A DNA stretch of 64,000 bases from Dipteris shenzhenensis (lineage: Eukaryota). Positions 38,361 to 50,120 of this stretch are shown one piece after another. The stretch is taken from assembly GCA_047967505.1 (NCBI GenBank), contig CM106538.1, one strand, 5' to 3'. The translations under genes and the position numbers were made by a program. Every line of letters starts with the position of its first letter. Position 1 is the stretch's first letter. The notes below the pieces were generated by a model. The model did not search any database and was not told the origin of the DNA. It was given only the letters and a program-made list of their open reading frames with translations.

Positions 38361-40560
38361 GTAAGAAAGTGCTTCCTCTCTTTTCCTATTTTAATTTTTG
38401 TGATTTGCATTGGCCAGGGAGAGCTGAAGTGATGGGTGTAGGAACCCTCTCTTTCCCTCTCCTCTTATTTCCTCTTCTTCCAGTCTTTCCCTCTTTTCCT
38501 GCCTCTTTCCCCCCTCTTTCCCTCCCTCTCTTATTTCCTCTTCTTCCTCCCCTCTCTTTTCCTCTCTTTTGTGTATGCTTATGCATGAGCTCATAAGCAT
38601 ATGCTCATATGCAATAAGCATAAGCATAGTTGTGCGGTGATGGGCATAGAAACACTCTCTTCCCCTCTCTTCTCTTATTTCCTCTTCTTCCCCTCTTTTC
38701 CTCTTTTCCTCCCTCTTTCCCCCCTCTTTCCCTCCATCTCTTATTTCCTCTTCTTCCTCCCCTCTCTTTTCCTCTCTTTTGTGTATGCTTATGCATGAGC
38801 TCATAAGCATATGCTCACATGCTTATGCTTATGCATGAGCATATGCTCATATGCTCATGCATAAGCATAAGAATATGTTTTCTCTCTTTTTCTCTTTTCC
38901 CCCTCTCTTTCAATCTCTTCTCTTTTATTCTCTCTTTTCCTTCTACTCTTTCATCCTCTCTTCTCTCTTTTCTCCTCTCTTTTCTTCTTTCCCCCTCTCT
39001 TTTTTCTTCTCTCTTCATCTCTTTCATCCTCTTCCTTCTCTTCTTTTCCCCTCTCTTATTTCATCTCTTTCATCCTCTTTTCTCTCTTTTCATAAGCATA
39101 TGCATTTGAGTATGCTTATGCTTATGAGAGCTTATGCTCTTTCATCCTCTTTCCTCTCTTTCATCCTCTTTTCTCTCTCTTTTCTTTCTCTTTTCCCTCT
39201 CTTTTCTCTCTCTTATTTCCTCTCTTTTCCCTCTCTTATTTCCTTCTCTTTTCCTTCTCTTTTCATGCTCATATGCTTATGCTTATGCATGAGCATATGC
39301 TCATATACTCATGCATAAACATAAGCATATGCTTTCTCTCTTTTTCTCTTTTTCCCCTCTCTTTTTTCCTCTCTTATCTTATTTTCCCCTCTTTTTTCCT
39401 TCTCTTTTCCCCTCTTCCTTCCTCTTCTTTTTTCCTCTCTTTTCCCCTCTCTTTCATACTCTTTTCTCTTTTCATAAGCATATGCATTTGCATATGCTTA
39501 TGCTTATATTCTTTCTCTCTCTTTCTGCTCTTTTCTTCTCTTCTCCCTCTCTTTTTTCTTCTCTCTTCCTCTTTCAATATCTTCCTTCTCTTCCTTTTCC
39601 CTCTCTTTTCCCATCTCTTTCATCCTCTTTTCTATCTTTTCATAAGAATATGTGTTTGCATATGCTTATGCTTATGCATGAGCATATGCTCATATGCTCA
39701 TGCATAAGCATAAGCAGATGTTTCTCTCTTTTCCCCTCTTTTCTTCTTTTCTTATGCATGAGCTCATAAACATATGCTTATGCTTATGCATGAGCTCATA
39801 AGCATATGCTCATATGCTTATGCTCTTTCATCCTTTTTCCTCTCTTTCATCCTCTTTTCTCTCTCTTTTCCTTCCCTTTTCCCTCTCTTTTCCTCTCTTT
39901 CTCTCTCTTATTTCCTCTCTTTCCCCTCTCTTATTTCCTTCTCTTTTCCTTCTCTTTTCATGCTCATATGCTTATGCTTATGCATGAGCATATGCTCATG
40001 CATAAGCATAAGCATACACTTTCTCTCTTTATTATCTTCTCCCCCTCTTTTTCCCTCTCTTTTCTTCTTTTCCCCTCTCTTTTTTCCTTCTCTTTTACCC
40101 TCTTCCTTCCTCTTCTTTTTCCCTCTTTTCCCCTCTCTTTCATCATCTTTTCTCTCTTTTCATAAGCATATGCTAAAGTAGATGCTTATGCTCATATGCT
40201 TATGCTTATGCATGAGCATGTGCTCATATGCTCATGCATAAGCATAAGCATATCCTATCTGTCTTTTTCTATTTTTCCCCTCTCTTTTTCTCTCTTTTCT
40301 TCTTTTCCCCTCTCTTTTTTCCTTCTCTTTTCCCCTCTCTTTCATCATCTTTTCCCTCTTCCTTCTCTTCTTTTTTCCTCTCTTTCATACTCTTTTCTCT
40401 CCTTTTTCATCCTCTCTTTCCTTCTCTTTTTCACTCTTTTCTCCTCTCTTTTTCTCTCTTTTCTCCTCTTTTTCTCTCTCTTTTCCTCTCTTTTTTCCCC
40501 TCTTTTTTTTCCTCTCTTTCCCCCTCTCTTTTCCTCTCTTTCTTTCTCTTTTCCACTCAT
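38361..40560 (+). repeat. 2.2-kb CT-rich tract punctuated by self-complementary (TTATGC)n-CATGAGCATATGCTCATG-(GCATAA)n modules, probably intronic
   Basis: Starts at donor-like AAG|GTAAGA at 38360/38361; alternating polypyrimidine blocks and GCATAA/TTATGC blocks, with internal duplications (e.g. 38430-38625 vs 38636-38820). Confidence 0.85.
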
Positions 40561-40571
40561 GTGAAGCTTCA

Positions 40572-40661
40572 ATAGCCTGACATTGAGCAAGCATATACAG
40601 ACTTCTGTCACTCTAATTCAAAGAATGTAGGACTATAAATGCTTGCTCAATGTCAGGCTAT
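40572..40661. repeat. 90-nt hairpin with perfect 23-bp stem
   Basis: ATAGCCTGACATTGAGCAAGCAT (40572-40594) is the exact reverse complement of ATGCTTGCTCAATGTCAGGCTAT (40639-40661). Confidence 0.9.
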
Positions 40662-41637
40662 CTTTTTCTTTCCTATTTTTTCTTTTGCTTCTTAGCCATA
40701 TTTGGTTCTTTTTTTTTCAAACACATTCTAAATGGAACAACCACGCCCTCACCCACGACTGTCCGTCCAAAACCCCAACCCGCTTCTCCACATTGGAGTG
40801 ATTCGGGACATCTCTTCTCTGCTATTACATGTAGCAAAGAAGATTGCGCACGATATAGACTAGGTGAAGTATAATGTCCAAGTGTGTGCACTTGGGTGGG
40901 GTCCTCACTGAAGGTGCATGGAGCAGGGGTGACTGAGGAATGCATGATACAACCTACGGGATCTCTGTAGGTTTTGGAGAAACTACCACAACTATTGGAG
41001 CACCAAAGATGAATGTATAAAGGACATAATGGGTTATGTAGAGGTCTTTGTGGACTGCCAGTATGTAATCCCTGAAGAGTATGACCTCATGTTAGAAGAA
41101 GTGGAAGATGAGATCCCGAGTGACCCACCTAGTGGCTCGAAGGAGGAAAGTACCTTGGATAGTAATGCAGAGCAGTAGACCTCCTCCACTATTTTGGCAT
41201 TTTTGGAGAATGTCTCTTTTGGAGATAGATTTTGTTTAAGCATACTTTTGGAGACAGACTTTGCGCTCTCTTTTTGTATATGAGAACTCTTGTTTAATAA
41301 TAGTATTTTTTGCAATATTTTTTATATATGAAAACCTTCTTGGATTCCACTTGTCTTTCATAAATATTTGTGCTTTCAAAATTGAATACTCATAATTGTC
41401 TTAAGTAAATAATTGTCCTTTTTGCATTGATATCCTTTTATAATTTTCTTAAGTAATTAATTATCTTTTCATAGTTTTATTAAATTGAATTTGAGTTTGA
41501 ATTTCATAATTGTCTTAAGTAATTAATTGTCTTTCCGCTCTTAAGTAATTAATTGTCATTCTGCTTCTTATTTGCTCTTGTACTTGTTTTTCTTTTTGTG
41601 TTTGTGTTTGCATTTGTCCAATCCCCCCAAATTAGAC

Positions 41638-42730
41638 ATGGCATCACGTCACATGTCTAATGAGTACAAAATCCCTCATAGGAGGAGACATCATGATATG
41701 TACTCTCGAGAGGACTTTGATTCCACTCAGTCGACTCCTCAGGGGCCTACCCTTGCAACTACCCCTAGCCCAACTCCTCAGGGGCCTACCCTTGCAACTA
41801 CCCCTGGCCCAACTCCTCTCGTGCATAGCACTACGACTATCCCTCAAGGAATTCCTTTGCTAGCAGCCCATGGCTTCACCGAGAGTCCTGACGAGTTTGT
41901 CGCATAGATGAGCGATGCGAAGGAAGCGAGATTGTTCTATCTGCTATCCCAGAGGACCTCACCCATTCCCTCTCCTACACTGATGGCTAGACCTACTCGA
42001 CAGCCATCCCCTCTAGCTCCTTCGACCGAGGGGTCATCATCTGGGCGTACCCATCATAAGGGAAGGAAGAGTAGGAAGGGTCGATGCTACTGTGGTGACT
42101 CGGGGGATGTAGAGGAGTCAGCACACTCATATCCCCATAGGTCTCCACTTGGTCATGAGACCTAGTACCTGCCCTCTCCCACTCCCACTCCCTTTGCAAC
42201 TCCTCGCTCTGTAAGAGCTTGCACTACCACCCCTCGCTATAGCTCTGCTATGCCACTCCCATGACTCCTCCTTTCCTACCCGAGGACTTGTACTATGAAG
42301 TCACTAGGGGTGGAGAGATAATAGAAAATAAAAAGAAGTGCTGGCCACCATGAGGCAGTTGATGACTCACCACTTCAAGAGTAGCATAGCTACTGACTGG
42401 CAGTACTAGGATGACGAAAAGAAGAAGGCAGTCATCAAGGAATTCGAAAGACAATACCCTAACCCCCCAAATTGGGAGTTCAATGAGGATTATATGCGAG
42501 AGTGCATGTGCATTGTCTTGAAGCATCGTAGGTCAACCTTGCAAACTTCCATCGTAAAGGGGAAGACTAAACCTAGCTAGGCAAACAAAGCTAACTGGAA
42601 GTTTTTGAAGGAGTACAAGGACGAACCCCAAAAGTTCGATAGTCAGAGGAGGGCTGCGAGGAGATGGCTGGATATCATAGGTTCTTGGCACCTCGACAGT
42701 GGCGAACGGGCCGTGTTCGAGGCATGGGTG
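41638..42730 (+). pseudogene. Putative CACTA second gene (TnpA/ORF2-like) remnant
   Basis: Pro/Ser/Thr-rich N-terminus with a 39-bp tandem repeat, then ...DDEKKKAVIKEFERQYPNPPNWEFNEDYMRECMCIVLKHRRSTL...KP..NWKFLKEY..., ending at a GTAAGT donor at ~42730. Lies between the two subterminal-type motif clusters. Family assignment is by resemblance. Confidence 0.5.
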
Positions 42731-43427
42731 GTAAGTCTACTTCTTCTCAATTAATTTATTATTCTATTTGTTAGCAAGCTGCGAGGGGTCGCCTTCCCAC
42801 AAACAAAGAGACGAGATGCACATTTCGTATAGGAGCAAACCATGGTTTATTGAGATGGAGGCGCAGGGACCACGGATGATTTTTTCATGTTAGTTTTTGA
42901 AACTTTTATGTGAAAATTTTGAAAGTTTCACCAGGATTTACATATTTTACTTGAAAATTCAAAAGAAAATATACAAAATTGGGCTATATGCTATCAATAT
43001 TGTGAAACTTAAAAAAATATCTCAATAAAATTTTGTCAAAATTTTATATCAATATATATATATATATATACCTTTGATAAAAGCATCCATGGCAGGGATC
43101 GACAGTGAATTGGGCTGAGGTGGCTGCTCGCTCGATATAAGTCTACTCCTACTTGTAATCTCACTTTTTAAATTATTTTATTCTTTAAGTTCCAATATAA
43201 TTTCCAATTAATATGGTTTCACTCTTAGGGTGCAAGCTCGAACGTCCCATTAGTAGAGGTAAGCGATGATGACGAAAAGGTAGGTCTCCAGGGATTTGTC
43301 TTACACAGCTTTGATAAGGCCCAGGGACCACCAGATGTAGCTCACGAGGGCCAGGGATCAGGCCAACACGATGACGACAATGATGATTTGGATGAGCAGC
43401 AGTAGTAGTAGTATTAGTTGTAGTTTG

Positions 43428-43620
43428 TATATAGTTCGGCATGTATATGATTTTGTGTGTTGACTCGTTTGAGCGATTTTGTATCACCCTTTTTGAAAGG
43501 GAAATTTTGTAACAAACAAGGTTGTATATACTTCGGCATGTATATGCTTCTGTCTCTCGACTCGTTTGAGCGATTTTGTATCACCCCTTTCACAAGGGAA
43601 ATTTTGTAACAAACAAGGTT
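43428..43620. repeat. ~96-bp tandem duplication
   Basis: TATATA-TTCGGCATGTATATG...GGGAAATTTTGTAACAAACAAGGTT present twice in tandem. Confidence 0.85.
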
Positions 43621-43676
43621 TGAGAGTTTTATCTCGCCTGTGTGCTTGTAAAATTCTTTTGTAATGCAAAAAAAAA

Positions 43677-43892
43677 AACATTAGTGGGGCAAAGCAGAGC
43701 TTGTTGTGGCCCTGTTTAGCCCCACTAATGTTTGTTTTTAGTTCTATTAAGGGTCGCTATATAGCGACACTTTTCCAGTGTCTCTATATAGCGACCTTTA
43801 CCAGAGTTGCTATATAGCAACGCTTATATAGCGACATATCTTTTTTGACATTAACAACGATGTAAATAGGGACTTTTGTGCCCATGTGTAGG
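43677..43892. mobile_element. Probable right end of the CACTA element (hairpin, subterminal palindromes, degenerate TIR)
   Basis: 15-bp stem AAACATTAGTGGGGC/GCCCCACTAATGTTT (43677-43733), four GTCGCTATATAGCGAC variants (43753-43835), and ...CCCATGTGTAGG at 43881-43892, one base short of a canonical ...GTAGTG end. Confidence 0.55.
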
Positions 43893-44080
43893 AAAGGTCA
43901 GTATTTCCATCGGAAAATGGCTTATTCTTTTTAGTGAAAGCATAGGAAAAAAAATTTGGAGAAGAAAGAAAAATACTTGGGCTTGGTCATTGATGGTATG
44001 GATATAAAAAAAATCATGCTACCTCACTTCATCCGCACTCCAAAAAATGTGAAGGAGGAAAACTTCATCCAATTGCATGC
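43893..44080 (+). pseudogene. Fragment of Sola-like/DUF7869-type transposase, paralog of ~60960-61145
   Basis: KYLGLVIDGMDIKKIMLPHFIRTPKNVKEENFIQLH aligns with KYITIIIDGMDQKKTNLPHFKQVPKDLKEENFITYH at ~61036-61144. Confidence 0.75.
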
Positions 44081-45421
44081 TTTTTCTCTTCAATTCCTTT
44101 CCATCTCGACTATTTTTTTAGCGGCCTCATCTTGTTTTTGTGCCCGCAAGGCCCATTCATTTGCCTCCTTCACCTTATCTTCTGCACCCTCCCTAAGCAT
44201 TCTCTCATGTAGCACTATCTTTGCTGCATTAATGGCTTTCATATGTAGAAAAGTCATCTTCTTATTGTATTGCTCAAAATCTTATTGGAGGGAATTCTTG
44301 ATTAGATGCATAGCAACTGTGGAGACTGGCTAGGGGAATTCCCCATCAGAAGCATAGCAACTTTGCCTAGCTTTTGGATTTGCCATCCCTGCAATTCTTT
44401 AACTTAGTCATCACAGTCCTAGAGATCACACCCTTGAGAAAGAGACCAGACATCCACTCAAGTTCTCTACTCCTACTTCAACATGCCACAACTTCACGAT
44501 TTCTCTCCTACATAGAAAGAAAGAGACCAGACATCCGCTCAAGTTCTCTACTACTATCAACATGGGTGGGCAATCTTGCCCATCCTTGATCCGTGGATAG
44601 TGCCCAAGTTGCACGAGTCTATAAACAACCTTATAAGTCACTGGCATAGTAGCTCCTTCATGATTATTTAGATGGCACCATCAACATGCATGTGATTAAT
44701 TATGGCTTAATTAAGAGTCACAAGCATGGCAGCTCTTGTATGATTATTTGGACGGCCTTGCATGTGATTTTATGTCCTCATTAAGAAGTGATTATTTTTT
44801 GATTATTTCTAGTGCATTAAATTTTACCATTCATCATGGTGGCGTATGATTAAATAGCATCGCATGATTCTATAATTGGATGGGCTTGCATGCGTTTGTT
44901 TTTGGGGCAAAACAAGCAATCTAGTCCAATTAATTGGCAGTCACATTGTGGTTCCCTTAGAAGGAAAAATTTTACTCTAGTCTTCTAAAATTTAGTAATG
45001 GCGGCCTTATTTTAAAGCCCAAAATTTTGTAAGGCCTTTTAATGAAGCTTTGCATGGCAAAGAATGTCTGCAAAATACAGCATGCTCGAGCGGCCAAGCA
45101 TGTGATTAATTGGTAGCTCAAATTTTGATTAATTTTGAGGATGGCTCATGATTATTGGATGGCACCACCAGGCTTGCATACGTGTAGTTAATCTCTAGTG
45201 ACTGTGGCGGTGGCTTAAACTTTGATTAATTGAAGGTGGTTCATTATTTGGACAATGAAGTAGAGTGCCACTACTACTATTTAACCATGGCCCCAAACAT
45301 GGAGTCTGTTATTTGGATGTTTTGCTCCATGCTCCCCCCTTTGTGATCTCATCTGCACATGCTCTCCCTTGCTCTAAGATCTGACTACTTTGTTCCACGC
45401 TCCTTCCTTCCAGCTCTCATA

Positions 45422-47510
45422 TGCGGGGGAAGAGGGAGCACTCAAGAAGGGATCAGAGACACCGTATATGGTGGAGCAAAGGTTACTCCAACTTATTCCT
45501 CTATCATATATATATGAGGCACTGTACAAGTGGGCGGGCACATTGCCCTTTACCCCAACAATCTCCCACTTAAAGGCAGTGTGCCTTTAAGGGAGTATAG
45601 TACACATACAATACAATCAGCCATATTCTAAAAAACAAGATGGCCAGACCGTTATCCTATGCCCATTGGCACTCTATAATGTGCAAAGTGCATAGAGGAT
45701 AAGCTGCTAGCAAACATCAGGTTTGCAGGATAGAAATGACAAGCTCTAGATGCTTGTCAACCAAGATCTCATGCCAGATCTCACTGGGAGAGTGAACTCT
45801 CACCACCATGTGCTCCTGTGCTAAGTTCATAGCACCCAAACTGTCACTGTGTAAAGAAGATGTCTTTGTACCACCTGTGACCACCATAAGCATATGTCCT
45901 GTAGTAGACCTCTTCTAGTCTACCCAACCTGCATCACCTACATGTAGCTCCTGGAAGCATAAGGACCTGAAGTCCACAACCGCCTCCCTACTACCAAAAT
46001 CTGCCATAATCATGCTACCAACTCCCATTGCAACGAAAGTAAGAATTGGAAGTGTAGCCCCAATGGCAAACATGTGAGAACCAAGTCTCAACCCAATCAT
46101 GGATGCATGATATACTATGGCTGCCATTGCAACCATAACCTACAGCTCAACTCATCTGTGATCGTCAAACCTGCTGTGTTTCAAGTATGGAGCCATTGCA
46201 GGCAATGGAGCACTCAATAACTTCCCCCTCTCCATATTGAAACAACCAAGTATTTGAAGACAAACATCATCAAGACCATGTAGCTCCCACTGCAAAGCAT
46301 CCCTGTCCATAAAGGACCATATGGCAAGTAACCTCAGAAGAATAGCAATGTCCTGAATACTGAGACCATAACCTGTCTCACTGCACATCACATCTTGAGC
46401 TCTCATAACGGTATCAAACCTATGAAGCCAATCTCGAGGGGATTGCTTCTGGCCATGGAGGCACTTACGAAGCAAACATATTAATGATTCCTGCCCATGC
46501 GCAATATGACCTGAGTCAATAACTACAGAAACCACATCTGTCCTGGCATAACTAGCCAATGGATCATACTAGGCATCATTAGCCAAGGTGTCCTGCTCAC
46601 CATGCATAGCCTGACCTCATTAGCAAGAGGTACTCCACATCCTCGAAACTATAACTGTCCATAGAAGATGCATCAACAATCTCCATAGGAGTATAAACAT
46701 GTGGAATCCTTAAGACATTTGACCATCTCTAGCCAAAATCAGGAAGTAATCGTGGTTGTCCCAACTTTATAACCTGCTCATTGTGGGAAAAACCTCCCAC
46801 TGCAAGGGATATGGACTGCCCCTGTAAACAATTTGGAGGTAACTCTGCACTTACACCCTCTTGGAACACCACTCTCCTGCTATCCATAGTCTTGGGTTGT
46901 TTAAGCATAGCATCCTCTCTGAAATAGACATCATGGCTGTGTATCAGCTCTTTAGCTAAGGGATCCCATAACTTGTAGTCCCTGTTGGACTCACTATATC
47001 CAAGGAAGACACACCTCCTCAATTTGGATCCAAATTGTGTGTGCATATCTCTTGAACCATGAGCATAAGCCTCGCAACCAAACACATGTAAATGCTCATA
47101 ACATGGTGCCCTGCCTATCAAGAACTCAAATGGCACTCTACCATCCAGAGATCTCCTGGGGGACCTGTTAAGCAAGTATGCAGCCACCTTACATGCCTCA
47201 GCCCAATAGCATTCGGTAAGACCTGCATATCGTAGCATGTTGCCAATCCTGTCCAATAAAATCCAATGTATGCCTTCTGCAAAGTCATCATGAGTAGAAT
47301 GAGGAGGGGTGGTCAAATCCCTCCTGATACCATGTGTATCACATAGATGCTGAAATCTCGGAGAGGTAAACTCTCTATCACCATCAGTCATCAAGCTCAA
47401 TAGCTTCTTTCCTGACTGATTTTCAGCATTACCCAAGAAGCGTTGAAATGTACCATATACATCATGCTTCTGATGAATCGGATATACCCATATGTACTGT
47501 GTAGCTGAAT
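45422..47510 (-). mobile_element. Degenerate, internally deleted copia element (integrase core, RT/RH remnants, PPT, probable 3' LTR 45422-45560)
   Basis: ORF 46729-47598 has WVYPI..K.DV..F..F, TDGDREF, YWAEACKVAAYLLNRSP, HVFGCEAY, CVFLGY..YKLWDP. 46152-46559 is a collapsed RT. The 3' hairpin and PPT (CTCCCACTTAAAGG...CCTTTAAGGGAG) are nearly identical to 9624-9657. Confidence 0.85.
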
Positions 47511-47741
47511 CTGGATCAATGTGGAAAAGCTGTGCATAGATAATAGGTGGCGGTTGGAGGCAGATGACAAGTGGCAACCTATAATTAAAAGAGAACAAAG
47601 CAAATACATATTTAAAAAACCTTGTGAAGCTTGTTCAAAGTGACAATATTAAAATGCCAAAAGAAAGGGCTACACACTTTGACATAAGAAAAGGGATACT
47701 TGAAAGCTTGCATATTATGTGCATGGTAGTAAAAGTGTGCT

Positions 47742-48075
47742 TGAAATGGGGGCCTTGAAAGGGGAATGTTAAGGATTTGAGGATGTAATGATAGAGGCCC
47801 TAGGTTGATGCATAAAGGGTAAGAGTCTTCCTTTCCTTTTGGAGTTATGAAGGTGGTCTAAGAGCTTCCGTGCATGAGTCCCATGGTAAAAGTAGACTTG
47901 AAATGAGGGCCTTGGAAGGGGAATGTATAAGGATTTGAGGATGTAGTGATACAGGCCAAAGGTGGATGCAGGAATGAGGGCCTTGGAAGGGGAATGTATA
48001 AGGATTTGAGGATGTAATGATACAGGCCAAAGGTGGATACCAAAAGGTCAAGAGTCTTTCTTTCTTTTTGGACGC
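47742..48075. repeat. Three copies of a ~70-bp unit
   Basis: GAAATGAGGGCCTTGGAAGGGGAATGTATAAGGATTTGAGGATGTA-TGATACAGGCC at ~47743, 47900 and 47972. Confidence 0.8.
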
Positions 48076-48987
48076 GTAAGTCCCATTGTTTGCCTCTACT
48101 GTGCAATTCTTGTTTTCCCATGTAGAATAGCTTAAGGAGTGGTGATGAGCTACTTGAAAGCCAACAAAATGGAGTTTAACACGAAATCGATGCACTTTCA
48201 TAGTCTCAGAGCAAATAGATTAGAGGTAGGCTGTTAGGGAGGCTTTCCTAGTCTCGAAACAACTACATTCGAGGTAGGTCTACAACCTCAGAACAAGTAG
48301 ACCAAAGGTGAATTTGTATTGTAGGCTATATGGTTGTTGTTGAATTGTGGTCATGAGGGTGAGGTAAGGTCGAAGTAGGGACTAAAATTCAGCATGTTCA
48401 AATGAAAATCGGCCTTGCTTGTTGTCAGTCCCAAAAATCCTATGTAATCCATAAGTATGGATATAACCAAAAATCCTATATAACCAATCTATAAGTATGG
48501 GTGGGTCTAGATGAGGCATTGGCCATGACAGCAAAAATGGCATGGGAGGATGCATAGCAAGTTGATTCGACATACTTCAAGTCCGACAATAGATATCTCT
48601 ATCCGGCACCACCCCTCCAAATCCCCGCGGCCCAAGCACCACCTATCTACCAGTCATGGGCATGATGTAAAAATGATCATCTCCGACATATCTCCTTTGG
48701 CCGTCTGTTTGAACATGATGCCAATGAGTCTCCCAAAGGGGACTTGGGGTGAACCCAATCCATAAAGATGAAAGTTTTTAGACCCATTTGCCTTTTCCAT
48801 TTGACAAATTATATTGTCAATTTCCATTTTCCATTTGACCCAATGACTATGATAGGGTGTCAAGTGGGTGAGTGGGACGAAAAGTGGGAAAGTGGGGGAA
48901 GGTTTCTGGAGATTGCCAAAAAATAAAGAACTGCAAAAGGGCCCCAAAGATGTGGGAGGGAATATTCGAAAAGGTAACGAGAAGAGA

Positions 48988-48992
<5 letters not shown>

Positions 48993-49031
<39 letters not shown>

Positions 49032-49198
49032 TAATATAATTATAATTTTTGAAAAAAGAGAGAAAGAGTCGCCCTGACATTGGGAATGTGGGGAAAAACG
49101 CCGGGGACAGGGACCGGAAAGGCCGGCGAGGCGGCCGGTAGAGGAGAGGCCACGTGGAAAGGGCGGTGGATTGAACGGTAGAAGGGAGGACACGTGGG
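48993..49198 (+). promoter_or_regulatory. Putative FLZ promoter: (GA)n tract and two G-box/ABRE motifs
   Basis: (GA)n 48993-49024; GCCACGTGG (core 49151-49156) and GACACGTGG (core 49191-49196); CpG-rich context upstream of the FLZ CDS. Confidence 0.5.
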
Positions 49199-49364
49199 AA
49201 AAGTAACGGAAAGGTATGGTCAAGGGACGTTCTCTGAGCGCAAAGAAAAAGAAAAAGAAAAAACAACAGAAAGATATTTGGCGAGCGTCGTCTCCTCGTC
49301 GTCTTCTCCGGCTCCTCTTCTTCAGACTTGTACAGTTGCTGCTGCTGCTGCTGCTTCTTCTTCT

Positions 49365-49625
49365 TCTGTGTGTGGATATTCGCTCGACTTGACCTTCTTC
49401 TGTGTGTGGATATTGTCTCGGCTTGACCTGATCACAACGTCCCCAAGCCGCCTTCTGTGTGTGGATATTGGCTCCGCTTGAGTGTGTAGATATTGGCTCG
49501 CCTTCACCTGATCACAGGATATTTGCTCGGCTTGAGTGTGTAGATATTGGCTCGGCTTCACCTCATCACAACGTCCACCTCCCCAAGCCTTCTTCTGTCG
49601 ATATTGGCTCCGCTTGACCTGATCG
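49365..49625. repeat. Short tandem repeats (TGTGTGGATATTGGCTCGGCTTGACCTGATCAC variants) in the FLZ upstream/leader region
   Basis: About seven GATATT-GCTCGGCTT units directly visible. Confidence 0.85.
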
Positions 49626-50120
49626 CATCTTCCCGAAACTACAACCCCCCAGTTGTTTCGATCATCTTTTTGCCAATCCATCTCCTTCCTCGTGATCCTT
49701 TTCTTCTTGCTTCCTCCTTCTCGCATTAATTCTTTCACCCCCGCTTCATCATTCAGGAAAGTTTCTCTCCTTCCTGCTCTCTCTCGTACACGTTTCTTTC
49801 CGAGTTTCTCGAGCACCTACACGACCACAGCCCTTTCGAATCCGCACGAAGCTTGAGGTGCGCTAGTGTGGATAGAGCCATTGCACGTTTCGTTTCGTGG
49901 AGCATCGTACTTACACAGCTCCGTGTGCTTCTCCAGATACACAGCTACAACTCTTGCTTCGCCAATCCGTCAAGGCTGTAGCGTAGCGTGGAGCTAGTGT
50001 GGATAGAGGAAAGTGTCGTACTCACAAAGCAACCAGGTGGCGCACACTAAGTTTTCGTCCAGTGCAGGTGACGCTGGTTTTTACCTCTGCCTCGTCCTCA
50101 ATTCTCAGCATTTGTAAAAT

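Noticed and set aside
38369-40611. Phe/Leu/Ser-rich membrane-like and Lys/Arg/Glu-rich ORFs (also 5003-5986)
   Set aside because: Translation artefacts of CT/GA repeats.
40572-40661. Resemblance of ATTGAGC to miR171
   Set aside because: Only a 7-nt match; the rest does not fit the miR171 sequence.
47510-47598. YAQLFHIDP peptide reminiscent of a Helitron Rep N-terminal motif
   Set aside because: Too short, and no other Rep/helicase motifs nearby.
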